A stretch of 64,000 bases of DNA from Ruditapes philippinarum (Eukaryota). Every line of letters begins with the position of its first letter. Within the stretch, counting starts at the first letter, position 1. Below the pieces are notes generated by a model. That model saw only the letters and a list, made by a program, of their open reading frames with translations, was not told the origin of the DNA and ran no database searches. The position numbers and the translations under genes were made by a program. Positions 41,101 to 53,176 of this stretch are shown here, in pieces. The stretch is from assembly GCF_026571515.1 (NCBI RefSeq), contig NW_026860107.1, forward strand, positions 62,001 through 126,000, in the 5' to 3' direction.

Positions 41101-41208
41101 TGATTTTGGTACTCCGAATATTCTAGCAGCCGCTGTAATTTTCATTTTTCTTTGACGCACAGCTGACAGAGCTGACGCTAGTTGATCTTCGGTGTATGTC
41201 TTTGGCAT
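38147..41208 (-). pseudogene. Multi-exon pogo/Fot-like transposase (psq-type HTH + CENP-B/Tc5-type HTH + DDE_1, DD35D); open for 484 codons, last exon damaged
   Basis: Exons 41208-40923, 40734-40526, 40301-40128, 39973-39698, 39395-39170, 38919-38720 and 38370-38147, all GT-AG and phase-consistent. Motifs AAARIFGVPKSTL, GPSDDWFTKFFGRH, IFNCDETG, LLIMDNHDSH, HSTHILQPLD, GFTKTGICPFNP. The K/E/R-rich exon 7 has TAA at 38289-38287 plus a frameshift. Confidence 0.88.
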
Positions 41209-42039
41209 TATAATACCTAAAACGTTTAACCAGTAATGTACAAGTAAAATGGTTTCCTGCGGGGAACATTTTTAATGATATAAAGATATTTCATTTAACT
41301 ATGTTCAACATTGTTTTGGGGGAGGGGAGTAATAAACGTTTGTGTCAGGAATATAGTTGACAATAATCGATCAATATAGAAGAAGGTCTTTGGAAATTGG
41401 TGACCGTTGATGACAGGAGAAGTTAGAATATAAAACTATTATTTCTTTTTAAGAAAATGATTTAATATGCCTACCATTTTATAAATAATTCCAAGCAAAA
41501 AAAAAATTAAATAAATAAAGTAAACACACAAGTTTACGCAGAAAATATCTCCATTTATGGCAGATGCCAGTACGAATATTTTAATTTTGTAGAGTTTCAG
41601 TTTAAACAATTTATTGTTTGTAAAATTTGAGATACATATATTAAAGAAACATTGATAATTTTCAAACACATCATTCAAGTTTTTCCACCTTAAACGGTAA
41701 AATAATTATATAACGTAATAGTTTTTTGTTCTTAATTAGGTGTAATTGTGGCAAATTCCCTAGAGGTAATTCCGTAACGTACCGACAAACGGTATTTAGC
41801 CAGTTTAGTTTTCGAAAAGGTCAATAAACCAATCGTGTAGGGTTTACAGATCACATGCTCCTCTATGTACCTAAAACAGGTCACGTGCTCCTCCATGCCT
41901 CAAAAGTGAAACGCGTACCAATACCCTGCGGTCTCCAGACCGCAGGGAGTAATAACAATTTTTATTTTGGAAATAAGATAAATTTTAAAGTTTGTAAAAC
42001 AAATTTTATCGCGAACAACTTGTATAAAAATAAAAAAGG

Positions 42040-42123
42040 AAAAAAAAAAGAAGGTTGAGCGTTGGTATCGAATCCGGGTCGCATGTGTACAACGCCAGTC
42101 ATCATACCTCTCGGCTACAGAAG
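42040..42123 (-). ncRNA. tRNA-like Pol III cassette in the 5' region of the pogo element
   Basis: Minus strand: A box TAGCCGAGAGGT, B-box-like GGATTCGATACC, long oligo-T about 14 nt downstream. Stems are degenerate. Confidence 0.45.
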
Positions 42124-42783
42124 ATTGTTGATTGTGAGCGGTTGTAAACTATATATAACCATAAAAGTAAAACTAGCATCGATCAATATTTTATGCGATA
42201 TTATTTATTCTTGCTGTAAAAAAACTACATACGACTTTCTGTGCATCTTTCTCTGTGATAGTAATAATTTATCGTGTATATTTAAAGCTGGAATAATTTT
42301 TAAAAATCGTCTGCAAGTAAAATGTTCGTAAATATTAATTTACCTCGAATGGGGCCTCATTTATTGCGCATGCGCATTTAAGCTGGAAATCCCCAGGTGT
42401 TGTTAATAGGTGATGCGACAAGTTCCGTAAAGTAGCTACAAACAACCGGCAATTCCTCAAAATAAATAGACCGCTGTTCTTATTTATTTGCTGCGTGGTC
42501 TAGAAAACAAACGTCTGTATGATTTGAGGAGGTTTCCAGATGCTTTATAATTAAAAATAAACCGAAATGAACGAAAATGATAAACGGCCGGAAAACTGCT
42601 AGTGTCCGGAAACTGCTAGAAAATCAGTATTTAAAAAAGTTGCTTTTCGTTTAACAGCATTTATTGTTTTATGGCTGAAAGATAATACATACGACGTGCA
42701 CAATTCAACTTTAAAACAATGTTCAGCTTTTACTTATGTTTCAAAAAAATGCAAATTCAGACAATACAATTGTATTTTAATGG

Positions 42784-42912
42784 CATCACTATTTCTTACT
42801 TTACTTTGACTTTCGTGGACCAACATTCCCATTAGTTGCACTTTTAAAATCACTATTTCTAACTTTATTTTGGCTTTCGTGGACCAACATTCCCATAAGT
42901 TGCACTTTTAAA
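42784..42912. repeat. ~65 bp tandem duplication shared with 57061-57190
   Basis: Two copies of ATCACTATTTCT...CGTGGACCAACATTCCCAT..GTTGCACTTTTAAAA; only one copy in the spacer after gene 1 (~26263-26350). Confidence 0.85.
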
Positions 42913-45900
42913 ATCTGGCATATTTTCCCACTGAGGGCTATCAATCTGGCAGACAGGATGAAGTAGAATAGGAAGTAGAGAGGACAATTGTATTCCTATG
43001 GCGTGGCACTAGACAGACAATTATGTCTCAATGGACGCTTCTGACATTCAAAAACTTTCCCTTGATTATTATTGTACTGGAATAACAATTATATAAGGGT
43101 ATGCTGAAACAATAAGTCATCATTCCCTAGCAAATTAAAAGCATCTCATGATTATACCGGAAACACTAAGAGTATAGTCACGTTCTTTTTTTCTTCTTCT
43201 TTTATTGCTAAATAATTATAAATTATTGGAATATAATATTGTAAATATTGTGCCGTCTTTAACCTGATAAACAAGGCTTGTGTACAGTTTATATTTAAAA
43301 CGCTCTATAGAGCACTAATAGCACAATTTCTAAGTTAATATTTAATACCCTTTTACATTCAATCAAATATTTTCTGATTTAGATAAAGATATACTTTACA
43401 AGCAAATAAACTATAAGGAACAAAGGGTCAGTTTTTTCTACCGTTCAAGCAAAAAACAAGGGAAAAATTTTAAAAAAAGAAAAGAAAAAAAACTTGATGA
43501 AAAGAATTAGAATGAGAGCACGATTTAAAGCAGTTCTTGTTTTGCTGTTAAAGAATTGTGCTCTTTTTTTTTTGGTTCATCTCAATCAGCATTGCGATAT
43601 TGCTAACTGGCCACCATCTTTGACAGACATGCCCCACGTGGTTACAACATGACCCTGTTAGGGTTCAAATGACCATGTACATTTCAGTTAAAATGTCAGT
43701 TTCAAGCTGCTTTGTCATATCTTAGACAAAACTTTACTCTTGGATTTCAGACTGAAAATAGAAGTTATCGCTTGTAAGATACAACATTAAAAAGGATAAA
43801 ACAAATATTTCTCAACACTTCATTAGATTTTCTTTTCAACTTAAAGTTTCTTAATTAAACGTCACAATTAATATAATAATAAAATGAACAAATACAATTT
43901 TATCAACCACTTCTCTAATACACTTTTTAACATTGTCACCATTTTTATCTTGTTACAACAGCAATTCATCCACGTGAAAATCTAATTAAAAAGATTGAAG
44001 ACTTAAAAGATTGATAATTCTCCATATTAACTGGTTACCGGCCATATTAGCCGGTATAATTCATCTAATATTGCATCCCTATAGCTTTGCTGTTTGTGTG
44101 TTCTTGAAAAAATATTTCTACGGAAATTTATAACTTTTTTACCTTGTTTTCTTTAAACTCATGTCCCAGTTAGTTGACAATAGAAAACAAAATAAGGATT
44201 GGTCGAGACATAGATTTTTACAATTAAAACAAGTACTTGCAATCGAGGGAATTTCGGGGGGGGTAGAAGCTGTCAGGACAAAGCTATTACTGTTTATATA
44301 AATATATAGAATCATACCTGACATATGAATTACCTTGGCCGGAATCTTAACTGCCCAATGTTCAAAGGGAAAATATCGAGGACTTAGTGCAAAAGGGTTG
44401 TACCTCATATGACATAAAGGTGGAGTAACAATCAAGTCGATATGCAAATAGATTCTTGTATTACATATTGTATTGCATGATGAAATGTGGAAATCAATAT
44501 AATTTTATTATTGAGATACTGACAGGTAAAAAGGCATTGTACAAATTAGAAGAGAAAAAACTCTTAAATACAAGTCTCTTTTTCAAGAAAAGATGGATGT
44601 CTTACTAATCATATTAAAACAAATTGAAATATCATTCTCAAATTGCTTTAACAAACGTGTCAGATTGAAATTGTAATAGCTGTATTTGACCAAATATATT
44701 ATAGAAACAAATGATAACATCATTTCGTAAAGACAGTTACAACAACAGCAAACATGTTTGTCAAATTTTGCATGCTGTGTTATTTTAATGTTCTGTTAAC
44801 CATACCTTTTGTTTTTTATATAAAAAAACTATCTATAGAGTTCTTCTTTGTTTTGTGCAAAGTTTGAGACGTTAACATAGCAAAGATATGACCATTATGA
44901 TGGTTGAGTTTTAGAAATTTCCTTGTTATGTCTCATTTACATTATAGACACAACTAAACAGTTTTTGTTTTAATAAATGCAACATGAAATAATTATATTA
45001 TGCAAAGACATTTTACAAACATTCAACAATGAGTGACAGACAATACAAATAGGTTTCATGCTATGATAGCATATTTGATAATATGCGAATGCTTAAATGT
45101 TCTGAGAATTCAACTTACTAACGTAAATTTGTTTTGCTTTGAACGAATATGTTAGTTGTACACTAAAAGAATGTCTGTGAATTGTACCGAAAAGACCAAA
45201 ATAAGCTTTCTTTGCCTGCATACATTGGTTTGGTTTTACGTTATACGTATGTTTACTGCAGGAAAATTAGAATAACGAATATTATGATATTTATGAAGGG
45301 GGACTTTCTTTCAGTCTTAAAAGATATCGTAAATTCAACTTTATATCAAGTGTAGAAATTGTCCTACATTATCATATGATTAGTGGAGAATTCAATTTTC
45401 AAAACTCTTATATGTTGAATTATTTGTAACGCCCGATCTTTAACAATCTGTACGCATATAGCTTTTTATATCAATTTGCAACTGTTTTAAGACATAAGGT
45501 CATCCTCGATTTTTATGCCTAAACACAAGCTTTAAATTCTATCACAACATGTAATTTATAGCAATAATTATTCTTCTGAATTACATACTTAATTACGATG
45601 TATATATTATATTATCATACAACATCAACCGTTTTGGTATCTTGTATCACATTATAACTTTAATACGTAATATTTATTATAACTTATTCCTCTGATTGAT
45701 TTTTGCTAGCAATCACTTCAGAAAATAACTGTTGTTGCATTTTTACAAATCTAAATTTTTGGTTTACACAATGTGTTCCACTGATATATGCCTCTATTGG
45801 AATTATCCTTATTAAAATGTCTTGCAGTCAATGAGATGGACAACAATTCTGAAAAAATGTGATATCTAAAAGGAAACCTTTATGAATGAGTGATTGTGCT

Positions 45901-47414
45901 CATAATGCTTTTAAAAGCTAAATGTCTGACTCTGCTAGACACCGCCAATTAAATGTGTAGAAAAAAAATACCTACTTTCAATAACTTTTCTTTCTTTTAT
46001 TTGAAATTGTGCAGCATCACGTGTTTAGAATTTTTTATTTTTGCACTCTGATGATGATTTGCTTAATTTTGAGGGATTTAATTCATTTAGGAACGGAATT
46101 GAAATGTTGGCTGATTCTTTTTCACTTAAAACGAGATAGATGTTTAAATGGAAATATTAATAAAGGTAAACGTATAGGCTTATGAAAATAACATGAGCTG
46201 CCAATGTCTGAGCTCGAGTATTATTAAGATTCTTTTCACCATTATAACTGTTATAAATTTGTATTATTCAAGTTAAATCCAAGACAAAGTATCAGTATCC
46301 AAAAGATTTGAAGACCATATGTTATTGTTTTTATGTTGTTGTTTTTTTATCTGAAATCCCTTTTGCATAGTCAAGAGAATATTGGCATTGATAACACACT
46401 GTTGCAATAAAATAAGGCGGGTTTGAAAAAAAGATTTTTTAAAGATGTGCAAACTATAAATACATTAACTAAATGAAGAAAGTTACTGCTTACAATATGC
46501 TGATATGCCGCACGCGTACTTAAGTATAGAAATCAAAGACGTACACCGAACTTGTAATTTAGTGGTAAAATCGTTTAATATTTTTAATACTAAAAATTTC
46601 TTGATTATTTTAAGTAAGCGATTAACTCTGAAAAACAGATAATTATAACTATTCTGATTGTTTCAAAAAGATGATTTAAAACATCAACGAAGTTATACTG
46701 TACAATAAAGCATGGTTATCCATCAGAATGCGATTATATCGTTGAAATGTCGAAACGATTTCAGATATTTATCGAGATATATGTGAGATATATTTTAGAT
46801 ATTATTAAAACTTGAATAGAAAATAACCGTAATATTTAGAAAGACCAAACAGACCGAACATTGTTGAAGCATGATTAATTATTATGGTTTAAATAAATTA
46901 TTAAAAAAGAATCGTTTCCCAACGCAACACAATACCTTAAGAAGCACAAAAAAATTAAAGCAAAATTCCGGCAGAGAATCGATATTTTGAAAAGTTTAGA
47001 CTGAGAATTTAAGCCATATTGGGATCAAAGTCAATATGACAGTACGATGTAAACTGTTTTATCTTAGTAGGAGTGTTCTTGTTTATTGAATAAAAGGAAA
47101 CATGGTATGATCTCTTATGTTGTCAACAGTCATATACGCCATTTAGTCGGATGCAGATATTTATAATTTTTTTGCGGGTGTAAACCATGCTGTTTACACT
47201 TTCAAGTTGACATCATATTAATTTGATTCAATATGGTACCAACTAATGTTTAACACTACATTTAATTTTATGACACAGTTTAATATCACGACACAAGTGC
47301 ATGACTCTTATCGCTGGCATAACACATATATCTTAATATGGATACAAGAACTTTATATAATCGGCAGTTTAGTCTGCACAAGGCCACTGTTAGATAATAT
47401 TTGACAATTTGAAG

Positions 47415-48992
47415 ATGCCAGTTAACTTCGTTGTTTCTATATTTCTAATTGTGTTCCTCGTGGGTATATCATGTACAGAAATAACAGGAGATACGGAGAT
47501 TCTGTCGATGATTAAAGAATTGAAAGACACAGGTATGCTATGTGACTTTACAGTTAATTGATAAAAAAAAATATTTAAGTTAATACTCTTTCTTCCCAAA
47601 TCTTGCACTTATCTGTATGCTTTAAATTAACTCTAAAATAAAGATTCAAAAATGTTATACGTTCAAGATATTAACAACTTTTATGAGATACGTGATCTGA
47701 GACCAATTTGTTTTGCCATCAGCAAGAAAGAGAATGCAATCGAAATAAATTATGAAAAAGAAGATTTAAAGATGTGTTATATGATATCATTTACATCATA
47801 TATTTCTAGTGACGTCGCATGAGCATGCAATTCAATCATTGAAAGAGCGTGTAGCAGAACAAGAAAATGTTATCATAACACTCAAAGACAAAGACAAGCA
47901 ACAGCAGGATGCTATAAACTATCTCATGAACGAATTGATATTTAAATCAAAACAGAATGAGATTGCAAATTCCAAGGAGCAATCACTGCGACAAACCAAA
48001 AAACGAAGCGATAATTCTGAAAAGGTAGACTCGTTGAGAGATGAGAGTCAACTGAACATTCGGAAGGACGGTGAAAGAATATACAAATCCAAGTCTGATA
48101 TACTCTCAAACATTTCAGACAACGCAGGTAAGAACAATGCACAGTAAAGAATGTTGTAAATTAAAATTATGAGTCATAAAGAGTTGCCATATTATCGTTT
48201 ACAACATTTCTAATATAATCATATTTTGTCAAACATACAGCATATATGATTGTTTTATCTTGTATGCAAAAATATTCAAGTTCATGTAATTTTCTTTAAA
48301 TATTTAAGTTGACAAGGTACTTTAAAAAACATCAAATGTTAAATTGTTTACTGACACCAAAACAATACGTCGAACACTAAGATATCTTATACTGCGATTG
48401 AACGTGTTTACAGTATTTGTAGAATAAATTTATCAAACTTGTTCTGAAATTCTATCCTTTATAATTTGCCTACATTGTAAAATAATCACAGATAAAAACA
48501 GGTATTATTATTTGGCTCTTTCAATTTTTCATTCATTTAATGTTAATTTCAGATGTATTGAGGTCCAGCAGACAATCTATACATCCAAACGTCGCTTTCC
48601 AGGCAATACTTAGTGCAACTACAATCCCAAACATTGGACTGCATCAGAAAATTGTGTATGACTCTGTTCACCTAAATCTTGGCGGCGGCTATCATCACCT
48701 TTCGGGCATCTTTATTGCCCCCGTATCCGGCATATATCTTTTTTGTACGTCTATATTAGCAGAACATTATGCCGATATCGATGTAGGAATAGTGAAAAAT
48801 GGTATTCAGCTAGCCGGTGCTTATGCAGTATCTGCTGGGCAATCGTCCTATGACCAAGGCTCTGCTTCTGTTGCCGTGCAATTAAATGTCGGTGACGAAG
48901 TGTGGGTTGGAAATCTTTGGCCTGCAAACACACAAATTCACGGTCGTGGTATGCATACAAGTTTTAGTGGAGCTCTTATAGTGCCAATGTAA
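47415..48992 (+). CDS. Secreted coiled-coil C1q domain-containing protein, copy 3 (291 aa)
   Basis: Exons 47415-47532, 47810-48127 and 48553-48992 (876 nt, GT-AG, phase 1/1, no stops). Confidence 0.9.
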
Positions 48993-51633
48993 AATGAATT
49001 AGATTATTAAACTTTGTCAATAGTTCTGAATTACGTTATCCCTTCCTAAATTGTGTCTAACGATTGGCGAGGCCCATCCTTTACATAAATGATTCAATTT
49101 CTGTACACAGATTAGCATGGAATACAAATTTAAATGTTCCTTAGGCGGATCATATAAATATCACAGCAAGCTGAGAGAGATAGAGCAAAATGATCAAAAG
49201 GCATGTATTTCAACCGAGACGTGAGGGCCCTTTGGTTGTGAAACCATGTGATATCATGAATGGGTAATATATGATGTTTAATAACTCGCAGTTTCTTAAA
49301 CTTAAATAAAGCTAAGAAAGATTAAAATGGGGAAAAACAAACGCAAATTAACCATATGTTTAAAAAAATGAATAATAATGTTTAACTTATCATACTTACG
49401 CTTTAAACTCGCTCGAGCTTTAAATATAGTTCTCTGCGTTACTAGCATAATTATCAAAAATAGTATGAATTGCATTTTAACCCATATTGATGTATATAAA
49501 TATTTTAAAACAAATCATGAAAATTGAAAATATCAATTACTTTTTGACATTGACTGAGTGTGCAGGAGAAATTCGTTATGTTTTTTTTTTCCATGTACAT
49601 GAGTTCACGAAAGAAAAAAGTTTTTGACCTGTACTCCTTTAGATTTAAATATAAAAATTTAAAATACTACTTTTGTGGTCATCATAATTTTAATATGATC
49701 AATACAATTTTTATTTATATTCAGTTCTTCCCTGTAAATTTTACAGGAAGTCCAACTGAATTTCGACGGCCTTCTGCCGAAACAAATGTCAAACTCTGAC
49801 AAATAAATAGACCACAATGTAATTGTTTAATATAAGCAAAACAGCCAATAAAAGAGCAATCAACAAATTTCCGTAAAAACAAATTTGCAAATTTTATTCA
49901 GATCCACAAAAAGGCTTTGGTATGTACAAAGATAAAAGTATTTGAAAATTGATAAATCATACCAATTAATCAATTCTTCTTTTAATGCATGAAACACTTT
50001 AATAATGAAAGACAATAAAAATCATAATTAGCTACAAGATTTCCTACTGTATGCGACGTTTTCTTAGTATTATTATAAATACTAATTATGGTGGTATATT
50101 CATATTGTAGTTGTCAACTTGGTAACAGGGAATATTTGGTGCGTTTAACTTATCTAATAATTTATTGTATCAGAGTTTGGGGACCATTCTGTTGAATATG
50201 TGCCAGAGTTAAATCGTATACATATATATAACTGGAGTGCAGGTATTAGTTATCCGCACTCCAAAGAATACCCATAGATTGGCTCACTTTTCCTGGGGTT
50301 TCGCTTATTGAGACGGCAGAGCGATAGCGATAGAAATATCATATTCAGATGCTCATTCATTGGTTACATTTTTTCTGGGGTTTCATATTGAGACAACAGG
50401 AAAGGTGTTTATATTGTTGTCTATGATACAAAACAATCAAAACACTCGGCAATCTGATTTATACTCAGGGGCTACGCCCCTCTCGTAAAAATCATGTTTC
50501 GATGCTCTTTCTATTTACTTATTTCTTTTTTCTTGCTCTTTCTTAGTGTGTGTATGTAATTTTCAACAAATTAAGGAAGTAAATATACTGTCTAGTATAT
50601 TATGTTTAAAAAGAATGACCATAATTATATCAGACATATCTGAAGTTTGCTTTCCTTTATATTAATCAATAAAGAACTGTATTATAATGGGTGATATTTA
50701 AAATTACACGAGCAGTAGAATTAAACATATAAGGGAATTTGGGGAAAAAGGAAATACACATGACAGCAATTTACTGAAATACAGATTAACATTGCAGAGG
50801 CTTTATTCAAAGTTAATTATGTATTATTAGTAACGTTTTAAATTTATGACATCTGACACAATCCTGATATCAAATCAGTTAATTTAGAACGCATTTCTTA
50901 TTTTTCATTACATGATCTGGGTTATAAGGGAAGACTCACGCCTGAATGACAAAAGCACAAACCTACAATTACACCCTGTTTAGCATCTAAATTGAAATAC
51001 AAGACATCAGGGATTGGTCGGTATTTAATCATCGCAATCAAGTATCTGCGCGACGGAACAACATATTGGTCATATTTATTGTCAATTATTCATTCAAATT
51101 TATAATGTTATATTGTTATTTTTTATATAATTTTGCTATGCGTAGAATAGTGATTGGTTTGTGCATTGTTTTCAACAAATATATGCCTTTCTATGTTTTT
51201 ACAAAACAGACAAAACTTCGTTTCGCAACCAATGAGATGGACAACAGTTTTGATTAAATGTGATATCAAGAAGGAAATCTTTACGAATGAGTAATTGTGC
51301 TGATTATGTTATTTAAAGTTGAATGTCTGACTGGTTGACACCACCAATTAAATATGTAGAGAAATAATTCCTTACTTTTCAATAACTTTACTTTATGTTA
51401 TTTGAAATTGTGCGGAAGAAATTGTTTAGGATCTTTTTCTTCTTTATTAAAATGAGTTTTTTTTTTAATTCGAAAGATTTTATTCATGTACAAGCTGGTT
51501 TGCGATAGTGGTTTATTTTATTTTACTTTTATCTATTGTTTTTTAAATGGAAATTTACCACTAAAAGGCAAAATTAGCGAAAGACGAATTAGCATGGCTC
51601 CCAAAATAAGGCGAGTTTAAAAACAGATTTTAA

Positions 51634-52597
51634 CCTTTTATCCCATTAGCATATTGTGAAAAATGGCCATTTTCATTGAAAAGCCTCCTGTTACCAACGC
51701 CCCCCTTCAAACCCCCGAAACAGAAGGAAGCACATCCTCCTTCTGACAACCCCTGATGTACCATTTTGATGGGGGCCGCGTCGAAAAAGTGGTCACTTTT
51801 TTAAACAACATTTCTCAAATGAAAAACAGTGGTTGGGGTCTAAATAGGGCATCTTTTCACTGTTTGAGGCCTCAAAAAGGGGGGCAAAAAGCCAACAAAA
51901 CACGTCTATATAAGGAAAAAAAGGTTAACAAAAAATTATGAAACACCTTGGAATTACCCAAAAACTAGTTTTTCCCTGTTAACACGTGCCCTTACACTTA
52001 ATTTTGGTGAAAAATTGTTGTTTTTTGACATATTTTAATTTTTTAATGAACAAAAAATTATGAAAAACCTCTGAATTACCCAAAAACTAGTTTTTCCATG
52101 TTAACACGTGCCTTTACACTTAATTTTTGTGACAAATTGTTGTTTTGTGACATTTTTTTTTTCAATTTACCTTTTATCCCATGTGTATATTGTGAAAAAT
52201 TACCGTTTTCATTGAAAAGCCTCCTGTTACAAATTCAAACTGCTATGAAACTATATAAAATGTTTCAATACTGATGAATTTTGGCACAAATGTTGACTGG
52301 ACCATAGCCTCTGTGCCAGCATGCTCAATTGTACATTTTCCGTAACCATGGCAACGGCGGGACGTCTCTAAAATTGCGAAAAATCACTATTTTTCATTGT
52401 TTTTTTCCATCAAAACTGATTTCAAAGTGCTGCAACTTCTCAATGAATTAAGATAGAGTAAAAGGCTTTTCAGCGTCGGATACTAGTTACCCTACGACTG
52501 ACCTACATTTTTAGCTTGTCACATTTCCAAAATTTTCTGTTTGAGGCCTCAAAGAAGGGGCAAAAGCCGTCAAAACACGTCTAAATAAGGGAAAAGG
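51634..52597. mobile_element. Composite piggyBac-like non-autonomous element (TTAA TSD, CC...GG ends)
   Basis: TTAA at 51630-51633 and 52598-52601; the empty site AGATT-TTAA-ATTA is at ~29981-29993. Left and right end sequences each occur twice, separated by a 2 x ~121 bp tandem repeat. Confidence 0.75.
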
Positions 52598-53176
52598 TTA
52601 AGTTAGTTGTTTCAAAAATTGTGAAAGAAAATGAAAGTACAAAATGAAAGATACTGCATACAATAAATTATGCTGATATGCATACTCGAGTAGGGAAATG
52701 CATAGACGTACACCAAACTTGGAATTTAAGAGTAACATTCTATTTTTCTTAATTTTTAATACAAAACATTTTTTTTTTGATAACTTTAAGTGTGCGATTA
52801 AGCCTGAAGACCAGATAGTTATAACTAGTCTAATTGTTTCGAAAAAGATTATTAAAAACATTAACTGAAGATATACTATACAATTAAGCATGGTTATCCA
52901 TCAGAATGTGATTTTATAAATTTTTGCAAGTGTAAACCATACTGTTTGCAGTTTCAAGTTGACATCATATTAATTTGATTCAATATTGTTGTAACTGCTG
53001 TTTTTACACTACATTTAATTTTATGACACAGTTTAATTATACCTTGATCACGAAATAAGTGCATAACTCTTATCGCTGGCATAACACGCGTATCTTAATA
53101 TAGATACAAGACCCTTATATAAACGGCAACTTAGTCTGCACAAGGCCACTGTAAAATAATATTTGACAATTTGAAG

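Larger units (their letters stand above)
38104..42627 (-). mobile_element. pogo-superfamily (DD35D) DNA transposon, 3'-truncated
   Basis: The 5' terminus CTGATTTTCTAGCAGTTTCCGGACACTAGCAGTTTTCCGG abuts TA at 42628-42629, where host paralog sequence resumes. No matching end on the left, where ~760 bp of host sequence is also missing. Confidence 0.85.

Noticed and set aside
50585-50594. TACTGTCTA versus TACTA in paralogs as a fourth excision footprint
   Set aside because: It does not match a clean TA-x-TA footprint and could be an ordinary 4 bp insertion.
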